From the IMG/VR virus record IMGVR_UViG_3300032893_000012, positions 45,322 to 109,321 of that record: a stretch of DNA of 64,000 nucleotides; one strand, 5' to 3'. Below the pieces are notes generated by a model. It saw only the letters and a program-made list of their open reading frames with translations. It made no database searches and had not been told where the DNA came from. Origin of the DNA: a virus. The position numbers and the translations under genes were made by a program. Shown here in pieces: positions 47,588 through 57,182 of the stretch (its first letter is position 1; each line of letters starts with the position of its first letter).

Positions 47588-48334
47588 ATGCCCATTCTAG
47601 GAGATGATGACTCGATGGAAACGCACCGCCTAGGCGGGAGCGGATTTCAATTTTCCGCCACGAAGATCTCGAACCTCGGAGCCACCGAATATACGCTGTT
47701 TGGATTGGCGGTGGACTCGAGCGGCAGCGTGAGCGGGTTCAAAGGAGAGATCGAGGCGTGCGTGAAGAGCGTCATCGAGAGCTGTCAGCGCTCCCCGCGC
47801 GCCGACAATCTCATGGCCAGAGTGATCACGTTCGACCATCAGATCGAGGAGGTGCACGGATTCACTCCGCTCGCGGATTGCCATCTCGCCAAGTACGCTG
47901 GCATCCTCAACCGTAGCGGCGGTACGGTGCTCTACGACGCATCGACCACGTTGATCGAATCCGTTGCTACATATGGTCGCTCGCTCATCCAGCAGGACTA
48001 CTGGGCAAACGGCATCGTATGCGTGATCACGGACGGACAAAACGAGCACGGGACGCTCACCGTCAAATCCGTCCGGGCGGCGCTCGAACAGGCAAAGCAG
48101 GGCGAGTGTCTCGAATCGCTCGTGAGCATCCTAATCGGCGTCAACGTCACGAGCCCCACGGTCCAGCGGGCGCTCGAAGCGTTCAAGAGCGAAGCTGGCT
48201 TCACTCAGTACGTCCAGACATCGGACGCGAATCCGAAGACCTTGGCGAAACTAGCGGGGTTCATCTCGAAGAGCGTCTCGAGTCAGTCGCAGTCGCTCGG
48301 TACGAAGATGGCAAGTCAACCGGTCACGTTCTGA
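47588..48334 (+). CDS. vWA domain protein (TerY-like)
   Basis: MIDAS DSSGS, GGTVLYDA, VITDG. Confidence 0.88.
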   Translation: MPILGDDDSMETHRLGGSGFQFSATKISNLGATEYTLFGLAVDSSGSVSGFKGEIEACVKSVIESCQRSPRADNLMARVITFDHQIEEVHGFTPLADCHLAKYAGILNRSGGTVLYDASTTLIESVATYGRSLIQQDYWANGIVCVITDGQNEHGTLTVKSVRAALEQAKQGECLESLVSILIGVNVTSPTVQRALEAFKSEAGFTQYVQTSDANPKTLAKLAGFISKSVSSQSQSLGTKMASQPVTF

Positions 48335-48343
48335 AGAAGTACG

Positions 48344-49138
48344 ATGGAGACCGACAGCTTCTATCGAATGGGATCGACCCATTCGGTGTGCCAGGACTAT
48401 GCGGCTTCGGGCGTCTCTCCTTTCGGAGACGTCCGAGCCGCAGTCTCCGACGGATGCTCCACCGCCCTCGATAGCGACTGGGGCGCCCGCTTTCTTGCGC
48501 GCGCGGCCATGACCGAGAAGGAGATTGGAACCTTTTCGGTTCTCGATGCGGCGAAGGATATGATCGCGGCTTCTCGCCTTCCGCGTCAAGCGCTCCGGGC
48601 GACCCTTCTCATCGCCTACGTCTTGTCAAACGGCGAAGTGAGAGCCTACCGGTCCGGCGATGGCGTCATCGTGACGCGGGCGCGCAGCGGCTTCGTCGCG
48701 TACGAACGCGTGGAGTTCGAGGGAAATATGCCGCCTTATCTCTCCTACATAGGCGTCCATTCGGACGTCGATGAATATTACCAACTCTGTCGCACACAAA
48801 CGATCACACTCGGCGCGCGCGACCTCGGTGGCAAATGGACTCGGAAAGAGTCTCAGGATTTTCCCTCGGTCATCGGACATTCGTCTCTGCTTGGAAGCCC
48901 CAGAGAGCTCGATCTGGTGCTGCTCTTCAGCGACGGGGTCGAGAGCTTCCAGGACCGTGACGGCAACGTCGTGCCTCTAGAGACCATCCTCGATGAGCTC
49001 CTGGCGATCCGGAACTTCAAGGGGCAGTTCCTCGGACGAAGGTGCGGAGCGTTCCTGCAACGGACGTGTGCCGAACGTGGCTGGAAGCACAGCGACGATT
49101 TTTCGGTCGCTGGGATCTACTTCGGAGACACGCAGTGA
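48344..49138 (+). CDS. PP2C-family protein phosphatase
   Basis: H..CQDY, AVSDGCS, GDG, FSDGV, SDDFS. Confidence 0.88.
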   Translation: METDSFYRMGSTHSVCQDYAASGVSPFGDVRAAVSDGCSTALDSDWGARFLARAAMTEKEIGTFSVLDAAKDMIAASRLPRQALRATLLIAYVLSNGEVRAYRSGDGVIVTRARSGFVAYERVEFEGNMPPYLSYIGVHSDVDEYYQLCRTQTITLGARDLGGKWTRKESQDFPSVIGHSSLLGSPRELDLVLLFSDGVESFQDRDGNVVPLETILDELLAIRNFKGQFLGRRCGAFLQRTCAERGWKHSDDFSVAGIYFGDTQ

Positions 49139-50847
49139 AAGTCTTCGTCAAAGGCAAAGGGGAGATCACACTCACCCAATCGAATTACGTCGCCGAAGGT
49201 GGCCAGGCGGCCGTGTACCAGCGCAACGGTACCGCCTACAAAGTGTACACGGATCCGGCGAGCGCCATTCCGGAGGCGAAGTTCTCGCAGCTCGCCGCGA
49301 TTCAAGACGCCGACGTCGTGAAGCCGGTGGACCTACTCATCGATCCGAAGACCAGTCAGCCTATCGGCTACTCGATGCGTTTCGTCGACGACACCTACGC
49401 GCTCTGTCAGCTCTTCCCGAAGGCCTTCCGCGACCGAAACAGTATTGGGCCTGCCAAGATCGCGAAGGTCGTCGAAGAGCTCCAAAAGCACGTCTCGAAC
49501 ATCCATCGCGCCGGAGTCCTCGTCGTCGACTTGAACGAAATGAACATCCTCGTAAGCCGTGCGATCGACGCCGTTTTCATGATCGACGTCGACAGCTACC
49601 AGACACACGAGTACCGTGCGGAAGTCATCATGCCATCGGTGCGAGACTGGTCAGTCTCGTCTTCGGCCTTCTCGGAGCTCTCGGATTGGTTCTCGTTCGC
49701 GGTGCTCGTTTGCCAGCTCTATCTTGGGATCCATCCCTACAAGGGAACGCATCCCGGCTCAGCGAACATCGCCCCTGACCAGCGGCTCGAGTACCGGATG
49801 CGGAACCATGTGTCGATCTTCGACACATCCGTGAGTCTCCCGAAGGCCTGCGGGTCACCAGACTCGATCCCGGCCGTTCAACGAGAGTGGCTCCGGGCAG
49901 TCCTCCAGGGCGGCAAGCGTCTTCCTCCGCCTGTGACAGGGGCCGCCGTCGCCCCGGTCGTGCAAGCGCAGCAGGCGGTGCTGAAATTCGGCGGTCGACT
50001 TCTGGTCACGGAACTCCGAGGCTTCGAGGAACCGGTGCTCGCGTTCGCTGTGTCATCGGTATTCACGATGGCGCTCGTTGCGAGCGGCATTATTCTAAAC
50101 GGAGTGACTGCCACACGTGGCCCAATCGAGGGAACGATGCTCCTCGGGTTCACGCCGAAGATGGGTCGCCCAATCGCGTTGAATCTTCACCGAGGGATTC
50201 TGCGCCTGTACGAACTCGCTGACCGCCGCGTAACGGAGCTCCCGATCGCGGCGAAAGAGATCACGAAGAGCGGCGAGCGTTTCTACCTCCGAAACGGAAC
50301 ACAGGTGCTCGAGATCGACTTCCGTGAGCAACCCGACAAGCTCATTGTGACAGCGGGGCACCCCGTCGCGAATGTCCTCGAAAACGCCTCCCAGCTTTTC
50401 GACGGCGTAGCCATCCAGAACATGATCGGCTCGACTTTCATCTCACTCTTCCCTCGGACGCAGGCGGGATATCAGCTGCGGGTCCCTGAGCTCGACGGCT
50501 ACAGGATCGTCGAGGCGCGCTTCGAGGGTCGTGTACTGATGGTCGTCGGGACGAAGGCCGGCGAGTACCACCGGCTCGTCTTCTGTCTCGATGAGGCGTT
50601 TACGACGTACCGGCTAGTGACAACGTTCAGAAACAGTGCCCCGGGCGCTGTAAACTTCACCGTTACTGACTCGGGTGTTTGCGTGAGCGTTACCGAGGAC
50701 GAGAAGATCGTTGCATACCCTCCCGGCATGGCCAGCGAAGTAGTCATCTCGGATCCTGCCATCGGCGGCGACATGCGGCTTTTACGCGCTGACGGGAAGA
50801 CCGCCTTCCTACGGGGAAACAAAGTTTTCGCGATCACTATGAAGTGA
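49135..50847 (+). CDS. Ser/Thr kinase (TerY-P/YegI-like) with a long C-terminal beta-rich domain
   Basis: AEGGQAAVY, AYKVY, VDLNEMNILV, IDVDSYQ, SDWFSFAV, GIHPYKG. Confidence 0.9.
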   Translation: MKVFVKGKGEITLTQSNYVAEGGQAAVYQRNGTAYKVYTDPASAIPEAKFSQLAAIQDADVVKPVDLLIDPKTSQPIGYSMRFVDDTYALCQLFPKAFRDRNSIGPAKIAKVVEELQKHVSNIHRAGVLVVDLNEMNILVSRAIDAVFMIDVDSYQTHEYRAEVIMPSVRDWSVSSSAFSELSDWFSFAVLVCQLYLGIHPYKGTHPGSANIAPDQRLEYRMRNHVSIFDTSVSLPKACGSPDSIPAVQREWLRAVLQGGKRLPPPVTGAAVAPVVQAQQAVLKFGGRLLVTELRGFEEPVLAFAVSSVFTMALVASGIILNGVTATRGPIEGTMLLGFTPKMGRPIALNLHRGILRLYELADRRVTELPIAAKEITKSGERFYLRNGTQVLEIDFREQPDKLIVTAGHPVANVLENASQLFDGVAIQNMIGSTFISLFPRTQAGYQLRVPELDGYRIVEARFEGRVLMVVGTKAGEYHRLVFCLDEAFTTYRLVTTFRNSAPGAVNFTVTDSGVCVSVTEDEKIVAYPPGMASEVVISDPAIGGDMRLLRADGKTAFLRGNKVFAITMK

Positions 50848-50855
50848 GGAAGAAG

Positions 50856-51062
50856 CTAACGCAAAGCATTCGGAAATCGGAGCCGCACCGCCTCAGTCGG
50901 CACCTCGATAATCTTATCGGTGTGCGGCGGTGGCATCGAAATCTTAACTCGTACTCGAGGTCCAAGATCGTCGATAACGACTCCCTCACCTCGCTTCGCG
51001 ACAGCGACACCCTTGATCGTCTCCATGTAGGTGACGAGTACCATGCGGTGGAGCTTGCTCAT
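50856..51062 (-). CDS. Small SH3-like hypothetical protein
   Basis: 68 aa; GEGVVID..VRVKI. Confidence 0.5.
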   Translation of the reverse strand: MSKLHRMVLVTYMETIKGVAVAKRGEGVVIDDLGPRVRVKISMPPPHTDKIIEVPTEAVRLRFPNALR

Positions 51063-51068
51063 TGAGAA

Positions 51069-51338
51069 TCACCGACGCCTCGAACGCTTGAACCGATCCG
51101 CCACGGTCTTCACGCTTGCCGATAGCTTCGGATCCGTGACGAAGTCGAAAATGGTCTTCGCGGCCTGAACGGTCTCGTTGCTGTTGTCCAGGATGCCGTC
51201 GAGCGGGCTCGCCAACAGATCGTACTTGGCGATAATCTTGACAGCCCGGAGCGCCGCCGCGATGCGTTCCTCTCGCGGCGTGCGCTCATCGACTGCCAAA
51301 GCAACGAGCCCGCGCGCCTTTTTGCGCGCGGCGCTCAC
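51069..51338 (-). CDS. DUF2786-like helical protein
   Basis: KARGLVALA..TPREE..AAA..IIAKYDL. Confidence 0.55.
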   Translation of the reverse strand: MSAARKKARGLVALAVDERTPREERIAAALRAVKIIAKYDLLASPLDGILDNSNETVQAAKTIFDFVTDPKLSASVKTVADRFKRSRRR

Positions 51339-51535
51339 TTGGAGGGCTCGTACGGTTCGTCGCCTGTGTTGATCTTATTCAACGCCTTCTCGAGCTTCTG
51401 ATAGTGCTTGAAATCATCCGGAGCGATGACTGCGCGTTCCTCTTCACCGAAGATACTATCGAGAAATTCGCTCTTCTCTCGGAGAATCTCGAGATACGCC
51501 TCGTCGATCACTACTTTATTCTGCTTCTTTGCCAT
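51335..51535 (-). CDS. Hypothetical protein
   Basis: GAGG SD; coupled. Confidence 0.55.
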   Translation of the reverse strand: MAKKQNKVVIDEAYLEILREKSEFLDSIFGEEERAVIAPDDFKHYQKLEKALNKINTGDEPYEPSK

Positions 51536-51537
51536 TT

Positions 51538-51765
51538 TTACACCTCGTCCAGATCGTCATCATCATCTAGGTCATCGTCGTCGTCTTCGCCGAACTTCTT
51601 CATGTACGATTTGAGCATTCTGTCGGCGTACGCAATCGACATGACCGACATGTCCACGGCCACCTCTTTGGTGTCGCCGGGCTTGTCGGGTTCTTCGTAC
51701 TGAGCGGCGGCATCATGGGTCCACTCGACCCAGAGCTTCGCTTGTGCTTTTTTGCTGATTGCCAT
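51538..51765 (-). CDS. Small protein with an acidic tail
   Basis: C-terminal poly-Asp. Confidence 0.6.
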   Translation of the reverse strand: MAISKKAQAKLWVEWTHDAAAQYEEPDKPGDTKEVAVDMSVMSIAYADRMLKSYMKKFGEDDDDDLDDDDDLDEV

Positions 51766-51969
51766 CGGTTGACGATTTACACCTGTCGAATGTCGAATGT
51801 CAACCGCCGGGAGATTTTCCTTTCGGGCGCGCCGAAACGACGTGTGCTGACCATGTCTGACTATTCTCTTTCAGCATCTTGGTCATCCACACGATCGCGT
51901 CGTCGACCGACGCCTCGAATGGGATCTGGACCTGGACGGTAACAAGAAAAGTGCTCTGTTTTTCGCTCA

Positions 51970-52473
51970 CTATAAGGCTCCGTAGCTCGCAGTCTCGGCT
52001 AGAAACGTTTCCGCCCAAATCCGGTGCAATGCATCACGTGGTCGTGCGAGCTCCTTCTCAGCAAGCGCGCGAAGCACGTCAATCCCCGCTGGTTCCTTGA
52101 GCTCAGAAAGGAGCCACTCGGCGGCAGCGTCGAGGCGCGCGTCTTCTTCCTGGGTACGCTCACGATGTGGCACAGGTAGGTAGAAGATCTTTTTGAACTT
52201 CTTGGCGATTCGCCCTATTTCGGTATCGTTTGCCATCTGCCGTGCGGCGTAGGTCATCGCGTATATGGCCGACTTGTGACTCTTTACACCGAACATGGTT
52301 GCTATTTCTGGATACGACGGCTGAGGAGTCCAGGTATTTCGGACGTACCACATCCCGATCCGCTTGGCAGCCATCGCGGTCCTGCCGACGTGTCCACTCT
52401 TCGTCAACAGCGCCTCGTCGAGGTTGAAGGCGAGCGCTAACCGCCGAACTAGCTGATCTAGCGCGTGATTCAT
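51970..52473 (-). CDS. DnaA C-terminal (domain IV)-like HTH protein
   Basis: AAKRIGMWYVR..SYPEIATMFGVKSHKSAIYA..D. Confidence 0.75.
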   Translation of the reverse strand: MNHALDQLVRRLALAFNLDEALLTKSGHVGRTAMAAKRIGMWYVRNTWTPQPSYPEIATMFGVKSHKSAIYAMTYAARQMANDTEIGRIAKKFKKIFYLPVPHRERTQEEDARLDAAAEWLLSELKEPAGIDVLRALAEKELARPRDALHRIWAETFLAETASYGAL

Positions 52474-52481
52474 CTTCTAGA

Positions 52482-52511
52482 ATTTTATTCCTTGCGCAAG
52501 AGATATGTCAA
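52482..52511 (-). promoter_or_regulatory. Sigma70-type promoter for the DnaA-IV gene (near-leaderless), divergent from the XRE gene
   Basis: TTGACA-N18-TAAAAT on the minus strand, 8 nt before ATG 52473. Confidence 0.65.
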
Positions 52512-52530
52512 GTGTTACATCATCCGCAGC

Positions 52531-52719
52531 ATGGCGAAAACACGCCCCTGGGACGCAAGGCGAATCAAATCTCTCCGAAAACGAACGGGTGATACGCAAG
52601 AGGAATTCGCGCATCGACTTGGTGTCTCATGGGTCAGTGTCAGCCGGTGGGAAAACGGAAACTCGACCCCGACGAACGCGACTCAGCGTGCACTCGAGGC
52701 GCTCGAAGCAACGCTTTGA
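52531..52719 (+). CDS. XRE-family HTH regulator
   Basis: IKSLRKRTGDTQEEFAHRLGVSWVSVSRWENG..P. Confidence 0.92.
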   Translation: MAKTRPWDARRIKSLRKRTGDTQEEFAHRLGVSWVSVSRWENGNSTPTNATQRALEALEATL

Positions 52720-52753
52720 TGGTCATCACCATCATGGAGAAAGAAAAAACAGC

Positions 52754-53306
52754 ATGAACCCGAACAACCTGGAACTGAACCAAGGCGACAACTTCATCTT
52801 CGGCGTCGACGTCTCTGGCTCGATGCGAACGACCGACTGCCCTGGAGGCATGGCACGGATCGAACTTCTTGAAGGAGAAGACGATTCAGTTCGCGCGCGA
52901 GGCGTCGAAGTACGATCCGGATGGCATCGACGTCATCACGTTCGGCCACCAGATCAAGGTGCTCGCGAACATCACGGCCGACAAGGCCGCAGATGCCATC
53001 GGCGCGCTCCGTGCGGACGAAGGCGCAACGATGACACACGAACTCATCCGGAAGGCCTGGGATCTCCACAAGGCCGGCAAGTACGAACAGACGGTGCTCT
53101 TCATCGCAACGGACGGCGATCCGAGTGACAGAGACGCAGTCAAGCAGGCGATCATCGACATCACGCAGAAGGTCGACGACGAGCGCGAGTTCAACATCTC
53201 GTTTCTCACCGTCGGCACCCCGGACGCGAAACTTCAGGCATTCCTGACAGCGCTCGACGACGTTCGTCGGCGCGTTGAACGACTGAAGTCCTATCGGACT
53301 AAGTAG
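52754..53306 (+). pseudogene. Frameshifted vWA domain gene
   Basis: VDVSGSM in one frame; after about 52865 it continues in another frame (KEKT..YDPDGID..ATDGDP..LTALDD). Confidence 0.75.
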
Positions 53307-53341
53307 GGTTCCCTCGGGGAGTGAGATTTTCCGAGGGAACC
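53307..53341 (+). other. Stem-loop after the vWA pseudogene
   Basis: ggttccctcgg / ccgagggaacc 11-bp perfect arms. Confidence 0.55.
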
Positions 53342-53538
53342 AAGGAACAAAAGCATGTTCAGTTTATTTCTGGAGTTGATCGGGGTCGCAAGCGTTGCCG
53401 GCGGCTGCTACGCGAAGTGGGGACCGGACGGATACTGGAAGCGCCTCGCGAAGTGCCTCGGGTGCGACTGGAGCAGTGCGATCAGTTTGAAGCGAGACTG
53501 ATGCGTCCGGGGCGCGCACTCAAGAAAAGAACAGATAA

Positions 53539-53964
53539 ATGCCGACAACACAAAGTGAAGATCCAGACGAGGCGGTTCATCATCCTCGGCACTACAATCA
53601 ACATCCAAGCAACATCGAGTGCATCGAACTCATCGAGCACTTACCAGCCAACTTCGCGAACGCCGTAAAGTACATCTGGCGCTGCGGACTCAAGGCGACC
53701 TCGACACCGCTCCGCGATCTCGAATCGGCGAAGTGGTACACCGAGCGTGAGATACAGCGGGTGGACTTGTTCGAAATATATGACGAGTCCTATAACCGAT
53801 TGCGACCACCGAAGACAGACGTAGTCTGGCGCGTTCTTGCCAAAAAGGTCATCTCCGTCGACGTCAACAGTACACTTGGCCGGTATCTGGATGCACTACT
53901 GATCGAAGACTACGACAGCATGATTGAGGTGCTCGATATTGCAATCGCAGAGCCGAAAAAATGA
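53539..53964 (+). CDS. DUF3310 domain protein
   Basis: VHHPRHY..IECIE..NAVKYIWRCGLK..DLESAKWY. Confidence 0.88.
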   Translation: MPTTQSEDPDEAVHHPRHYNQHPSNIECIELIEHLPANFANAVKYIWRCGLKATSTPLRDLESAKWYTEREIQRVDLFEIYDESYNRLRPPKTDVVWRVLAKKVISVDVNSTLGRYLDALLIEDYDSMIEVLDIAIAEPKK

Positions 53965-54806
53965 ACAAAGAGAAACACCAAGCCGCAGTAGATGCGCTGA
54001 ACGACCTGATTCTCAGTGAACTACAAGGTGAAGATCGACAACGCTTCGCGTCGGTGAAGAGGCTCGCCGTGATCGCTCAAAAGCTGCTGCTCGAGAACGA
54101 TCTGCGCCCGGAAGACGCGCGGAGACTGCGATTCCCTGGAGACGTCGACGGTGACTTTAACGGTCCCGATTTTGCTGTCGGAGGCGGACAGATCCTTGCT
54201 GGCGGCTTCGGGGGCGACCAAAACCAGATGGTGCGCGAAATGCTTGCTGCGCTCAATCCGGTGATGAAAACTCAACAGGAACAAAACGTAGCTAGAGAAC
54301 GCGAAACCGTGGCTCGTGAACTGAACCAGTTACTCGCTGCGCGCGACAAGCTGAAACCGAGTGAGCGTTTTCCGGTAACGGAACGCATCAACGAAATCCT
54401 CACGGAGATGAAAGGAAAAGAAGATGGACTTTCACTGGTACATGCCGTCGATGTACGGCGACATCAGACTGGAACGCGTTTCGGCGGAGACGACGAGAGT
54501 CGTCCTGAACGGCCTATCTCCGACGGAGAGGGACGCGATGCGGGCGCTTCTCAAGCGAGCGACGCAGGACGGCCCTATCCGGAAGGCCTGGCTCCAGGAG
54601 ACGCCAAGCCTCGACCTCGACTCGATGGAGAAGCAGGAGATTTCGCTCTCCGCTCCCATCTCGACGATCCAGTTCTTTCTGCAGAAAAGCCTGAAGCCTC
54701 ACAGGAAGCAAGTGTCGGCGGTGCTGTTCACGAACGGCCGAGTCGAACAGGTGACGGAGGCGACGCTCCAGACGATCGACTCGCCGAAGGAGATATCCCC
54801 TTCTGA
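53961..54806 (+). CDS. Helical protein with an overprinted disordered tail ending GDIPF
   Basis: ATGA coupling; the last 383 nt overlap the next gene in another frame. Confidence 0.65.
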   Translation: MNKEKHQAAVDALNDLILSELQGEDRQRFASVKRLAVIAQKLLLENDLRPEDARRLRFPGDVDGDFNGPDFAVGGGQILAGGFGGDQNQMVREMLAALNPVMKTQQEQNVARERETVARELNQLLAARDKLKPSERFPVTERINEILTEMKGKEDGLSLVHAVDVRRHQTGTRFGGDDESRPERPISDGEGRDAGASQASDAGRPYPEGLAPGDAKPRPRLDGEAGDFALRSHLDDPVLSAEKPEASQEASVGGAVHERPSRTGDGGDAPDDRLAEGDIPF

Positions 54807-55194
54807 GAAACCAAAAACGGCCGTGACGGTCGCTCAGCCGACACTTGGTTGCCCAGCTCCGGACTTCATCGACGTGGAGATCCGTGCGACGCGCGTCCTA
54901 AAAGCGTTCCTGAGCGCGGAGCAAATTGCCGACTTCGAACGGCGGCAGCAGTTCATCGCTGTAGGAGCCGACACAGGACATCGGTATCTACTGACGTCGC
55001 GACACTCGAAACACGCGCTCGGCACTACTAGCTTTCGCTCGCTCTACGACGTCGATGAGCAGCGTGCGTTCTGCGTGCACGACTGGGAGGTGCCGGCGTC
55101 GGAGGAACTCCTCGGGCTTTTCGTTCACTTGTCGCTGCCGGGACTCGAACGGTACGTGCGAAACGTTCCGGATCGGGATGGATTACTAGGGTGA
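54424..55194 (+). CDS. Hypothetical protein
   Basis: AAGGA SD; globular-looking 256 aa. Confidence 0.75.
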   Translation: MDFHWYMPSMYGDIRLERVSAETTRVVLNGLSPTERDAMRALLKRATQDGPIRKAWLQETPSLDLDSMEKQEISLSAPISTIQFFLQKSLKPHRKQVSAVLFTNGRVEQVTEATLQTIDSPKEISPSEKPKTAVTVAQPTLGCPAPDFIDVEIRATRVLKAFLSAEQIADFERRQQFIAVGADTGHRYLLTSRHSKHALGTTSFRSLYDVDEQRAFCVHDWEVPASEELLGLFVHLSLPGLERYVRNVPDRDGLLG

Positions 55195-55367
55195 AGGAGC
55201 GCGTACTCTGCCCCCGCTGCCGCTCATCGCGACTCGACACCGGTCTCAGAAAAGATCCGGCGACCGGAGAACTTCGCAAGCGCTGCTGCTGCGAGCAGTG
55301 CGGGCATCAGTTCTGGAGAAGCGAAGGAATCGCCGAAGGTAAGAAAGAGCTACCCTATGAGAGGTGA
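55191..55367 (+). CDS. Zn-ribbon protein
   Basis: GTGA coupling; CPRC..CEQCGHQF. Confidence 0.55.
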   Translation: MKERVLCPRCRSSRLDTGLRKDPATGELRKRCCCEQCGHQFWRSEGIAEGKKELPYER

Positions 55368-55370
55368 ACT

Positions 55371-56171
55371 ATGGGCTCCCACCTAATCGACGGCAAATTC
55401 CAAAGTGACAAGTACCCCACGTGCCCCAGAGGGAAGGTGCCGCTCTCGATCGAGGATCCGATGGCGCAAGATCTACTCTGGGAATACGCACAAAGGCGTC
55501 GCTCAGTCGACGGCGAGTTCTCGGCCGATCTGGAAACGGCGCTCGGTATCGCCGGCTACGAGCTGAGAGAACGCAATAACAGTGCCCCATGGCCTCGTGT
55601 CGATCGGTACATGTCGGACTCCGACCTCTCTATAGCTGCTGACCACATCAAAAAAAGCGTCGACTGGTCGAAACTACCGAAACTCGCCGCCATCTTCGAA
55701 AACCGTCCGAGCGTCAACCGTTACTGGCACGAGCTCGTCGCGCTCACGCTGACCTCGCTCGAGGTCAACGGTGAAGCAATAGCGCGACGCAATGTCGCGC
55801 AAGTCTCCGAGTGGTGTCCAGTTCTCATCGAGTCTCCGTTCGGGGGCGAGACCGGAACCGACGAAGAGTACGCACGAAACCGCCGCTACCTACAGCGCTG
55901 CATTCGGGACTGCCTCGAGCGCGGTGAGACTCCGTACGCTTCGCATCAGATGCTCACAGAAGCCCTCGATGACCGTATCCCCGAACAGCGAGAGAAGGGA
56001 CGACAAGCCGGACTAGCAATGCGACGCTTCTTTCCCAAGCGAGTCTTCTACGTCGATTACGGCATGTCGACCGGTATGGCGTTCGCGCTGGATCTCTACG
56101 AACGAGAACATCTGACGTACATCACACGACGGATTGGTCATGAAGAAGAAACAACAAATTCTGATCGGTGA
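55371..56171 (+). CDS. Fusion of a small phage domain and a nucleoside-deoxyribosyltransferase-like domain
   Basis: FQSDKYP..GKVPLS; then IESPFGG..RN..Y..CIRDCL.RGE.PYASH..YVDYGMSTGM. Confidence 0.65.
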   Translation: MGSHLIDGKFQSDKYPTCPRGKVPLSIEDPMAQDLLWEYAQRRRSVDGEFSADLETALGIAGYELRERNNSAPWPRVDRYMSDSDLSIAADHIKKSVDWSKLPKLAAIFENRPSVNRYWHELVALTLTSLEVNGEAIARRNVAQVSEWCPVLIESPFGGETGTDEEYARNRRYLQRCIRDCLERGETPYASHQMLTEALDDRIPEQREKGRQAGLAMRRFFPKRVFYVDYGMSTGMAFALDLYEREHLTYITRRIGHEEETTNSDR

Positions 56172-56475
56172 GCCCGTAGGTAACGGCATGCGCGCCGGCG
56201 TCATGCGTCGCGAAGATGGAAAAGTGCAACCGGGGGTGTTCGCTGATCTCGGCTCAGGTAGGCCGTTGAGTGCTGGCGACGAGCTCATTACCTCGGAGGA
56301 TAAGCCGGGAGAATGGTGTGACGCGAAGACCATCTATCGATATCCTAATGAGGACGTCGTGGAGGAGGCGTCGTCTGTCGTCACGTTGAGCGGCCCTCCG
56401 CAGGTGGCGACGCCGGCGTACCGGGCCGGATACGACAGGATTTTTGGAAAGAAGCAAGAGGTTGGGATCGCGTGA
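56140..56475 (+). CDS. Hypothetical protein
   Basis: C-terminal GPPQVATPAYRAGYDRIFG. Confidence 0.6.
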   Translation: MKKKQQILIGEPVGNGMRAGVMRREDGKVQPGVFADLGSGRPLSAGDELITSEDKPGEWCDAKTIYRYPNEDVVEEASSVVTLSGPPQVATPAYRAGYDRIFGKKQEVGIA

Positions 56476-56629
56476 AAATAAGAACTATTTCAACGCGCGA
56501 TGGCAAAATTGAGTGGCGCACGCATGCCACACAGATTGGAGGTCTGATGGTCCGTTACATAGCCCATATCACCGGGCATGACGTCTACCCGGCCGCCCGT
56601 TGGCGCGAATTCATCTCCAGGGGGCAGAC

Positions 56630-56869
56630 ATGAAAGACGAAGCGCTAGAATGCGAGATCGCCTCGACCTTCCAAGAGGGAATATCCCTCGATCGCGCGAG
56701 GAAGCTCTACAGAATTGCCGCGCACATCGCACGAGTCGCATACCTGGAATGCGTTGCCACCGGTGGCGATCCGAGCGCGGAATACGAAGCCGCCATCGAC
56801 GACGTTCAGAAGCAATTCAAGGGAGAAGACGATGGAAGTCGACATAAGAAAACACCAACAGATCCGTGA
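56630..56869 (+). CDS. Hypothetical protein
   Basis: Purine-rich SD before ATG. Confidence 0.5.
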   Translation: MKDEALECEIASTFQEGISLDRARKLYRIAAHIARVAYLECVATGGDPSAEYEAAIDDVQKQFKGEDDGSRHKKTPTDP

Positions 56870-57182
56870 TACGGTTCATGCCGGGATCGCAGCTCTGCGG
56901 GTTCAGGGGAGACAGATCTGGGGGGAGACGCGACATCCGCTCTCTCAAATCGTGCTTCGGTTAACGGTTGGCGTTGGCGATCTAGCGCGACTTTCTAGAG
57001 ATCACGCGCTGGGTGAGACCATTTGGCCCGGAGAGGATCTCCGCCAGCTCAAAAAAGAACTCGGCAACGTCATCTTCTCGACCATCCGCTGGATCGACGA
57101 CCTCGGTCTCGATGTGCTCGAGTGTCTCGATCTCGCGATCGAGGCGCAGGAGAAGTTTGCGGCAAGTGGGAGGCCGAGATGA
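56832..57182 (+). CDS. MazG-like helical protein with degenerate acidic motifs
   Basis: LTVGVGDLAR..KKELGNVIF..DLGLD. Confidence 0.5.
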   Translation: MEVDIRKHQQIRDTVHAGIAALRVQGRQIWGETRHPLSQIVLRLTVGVGDLARLSRDHALGETIWPGEDLRQLKKELGNVIFSTIRWIDDLGLDVLECLDLAIEAQEKFAASGRPR

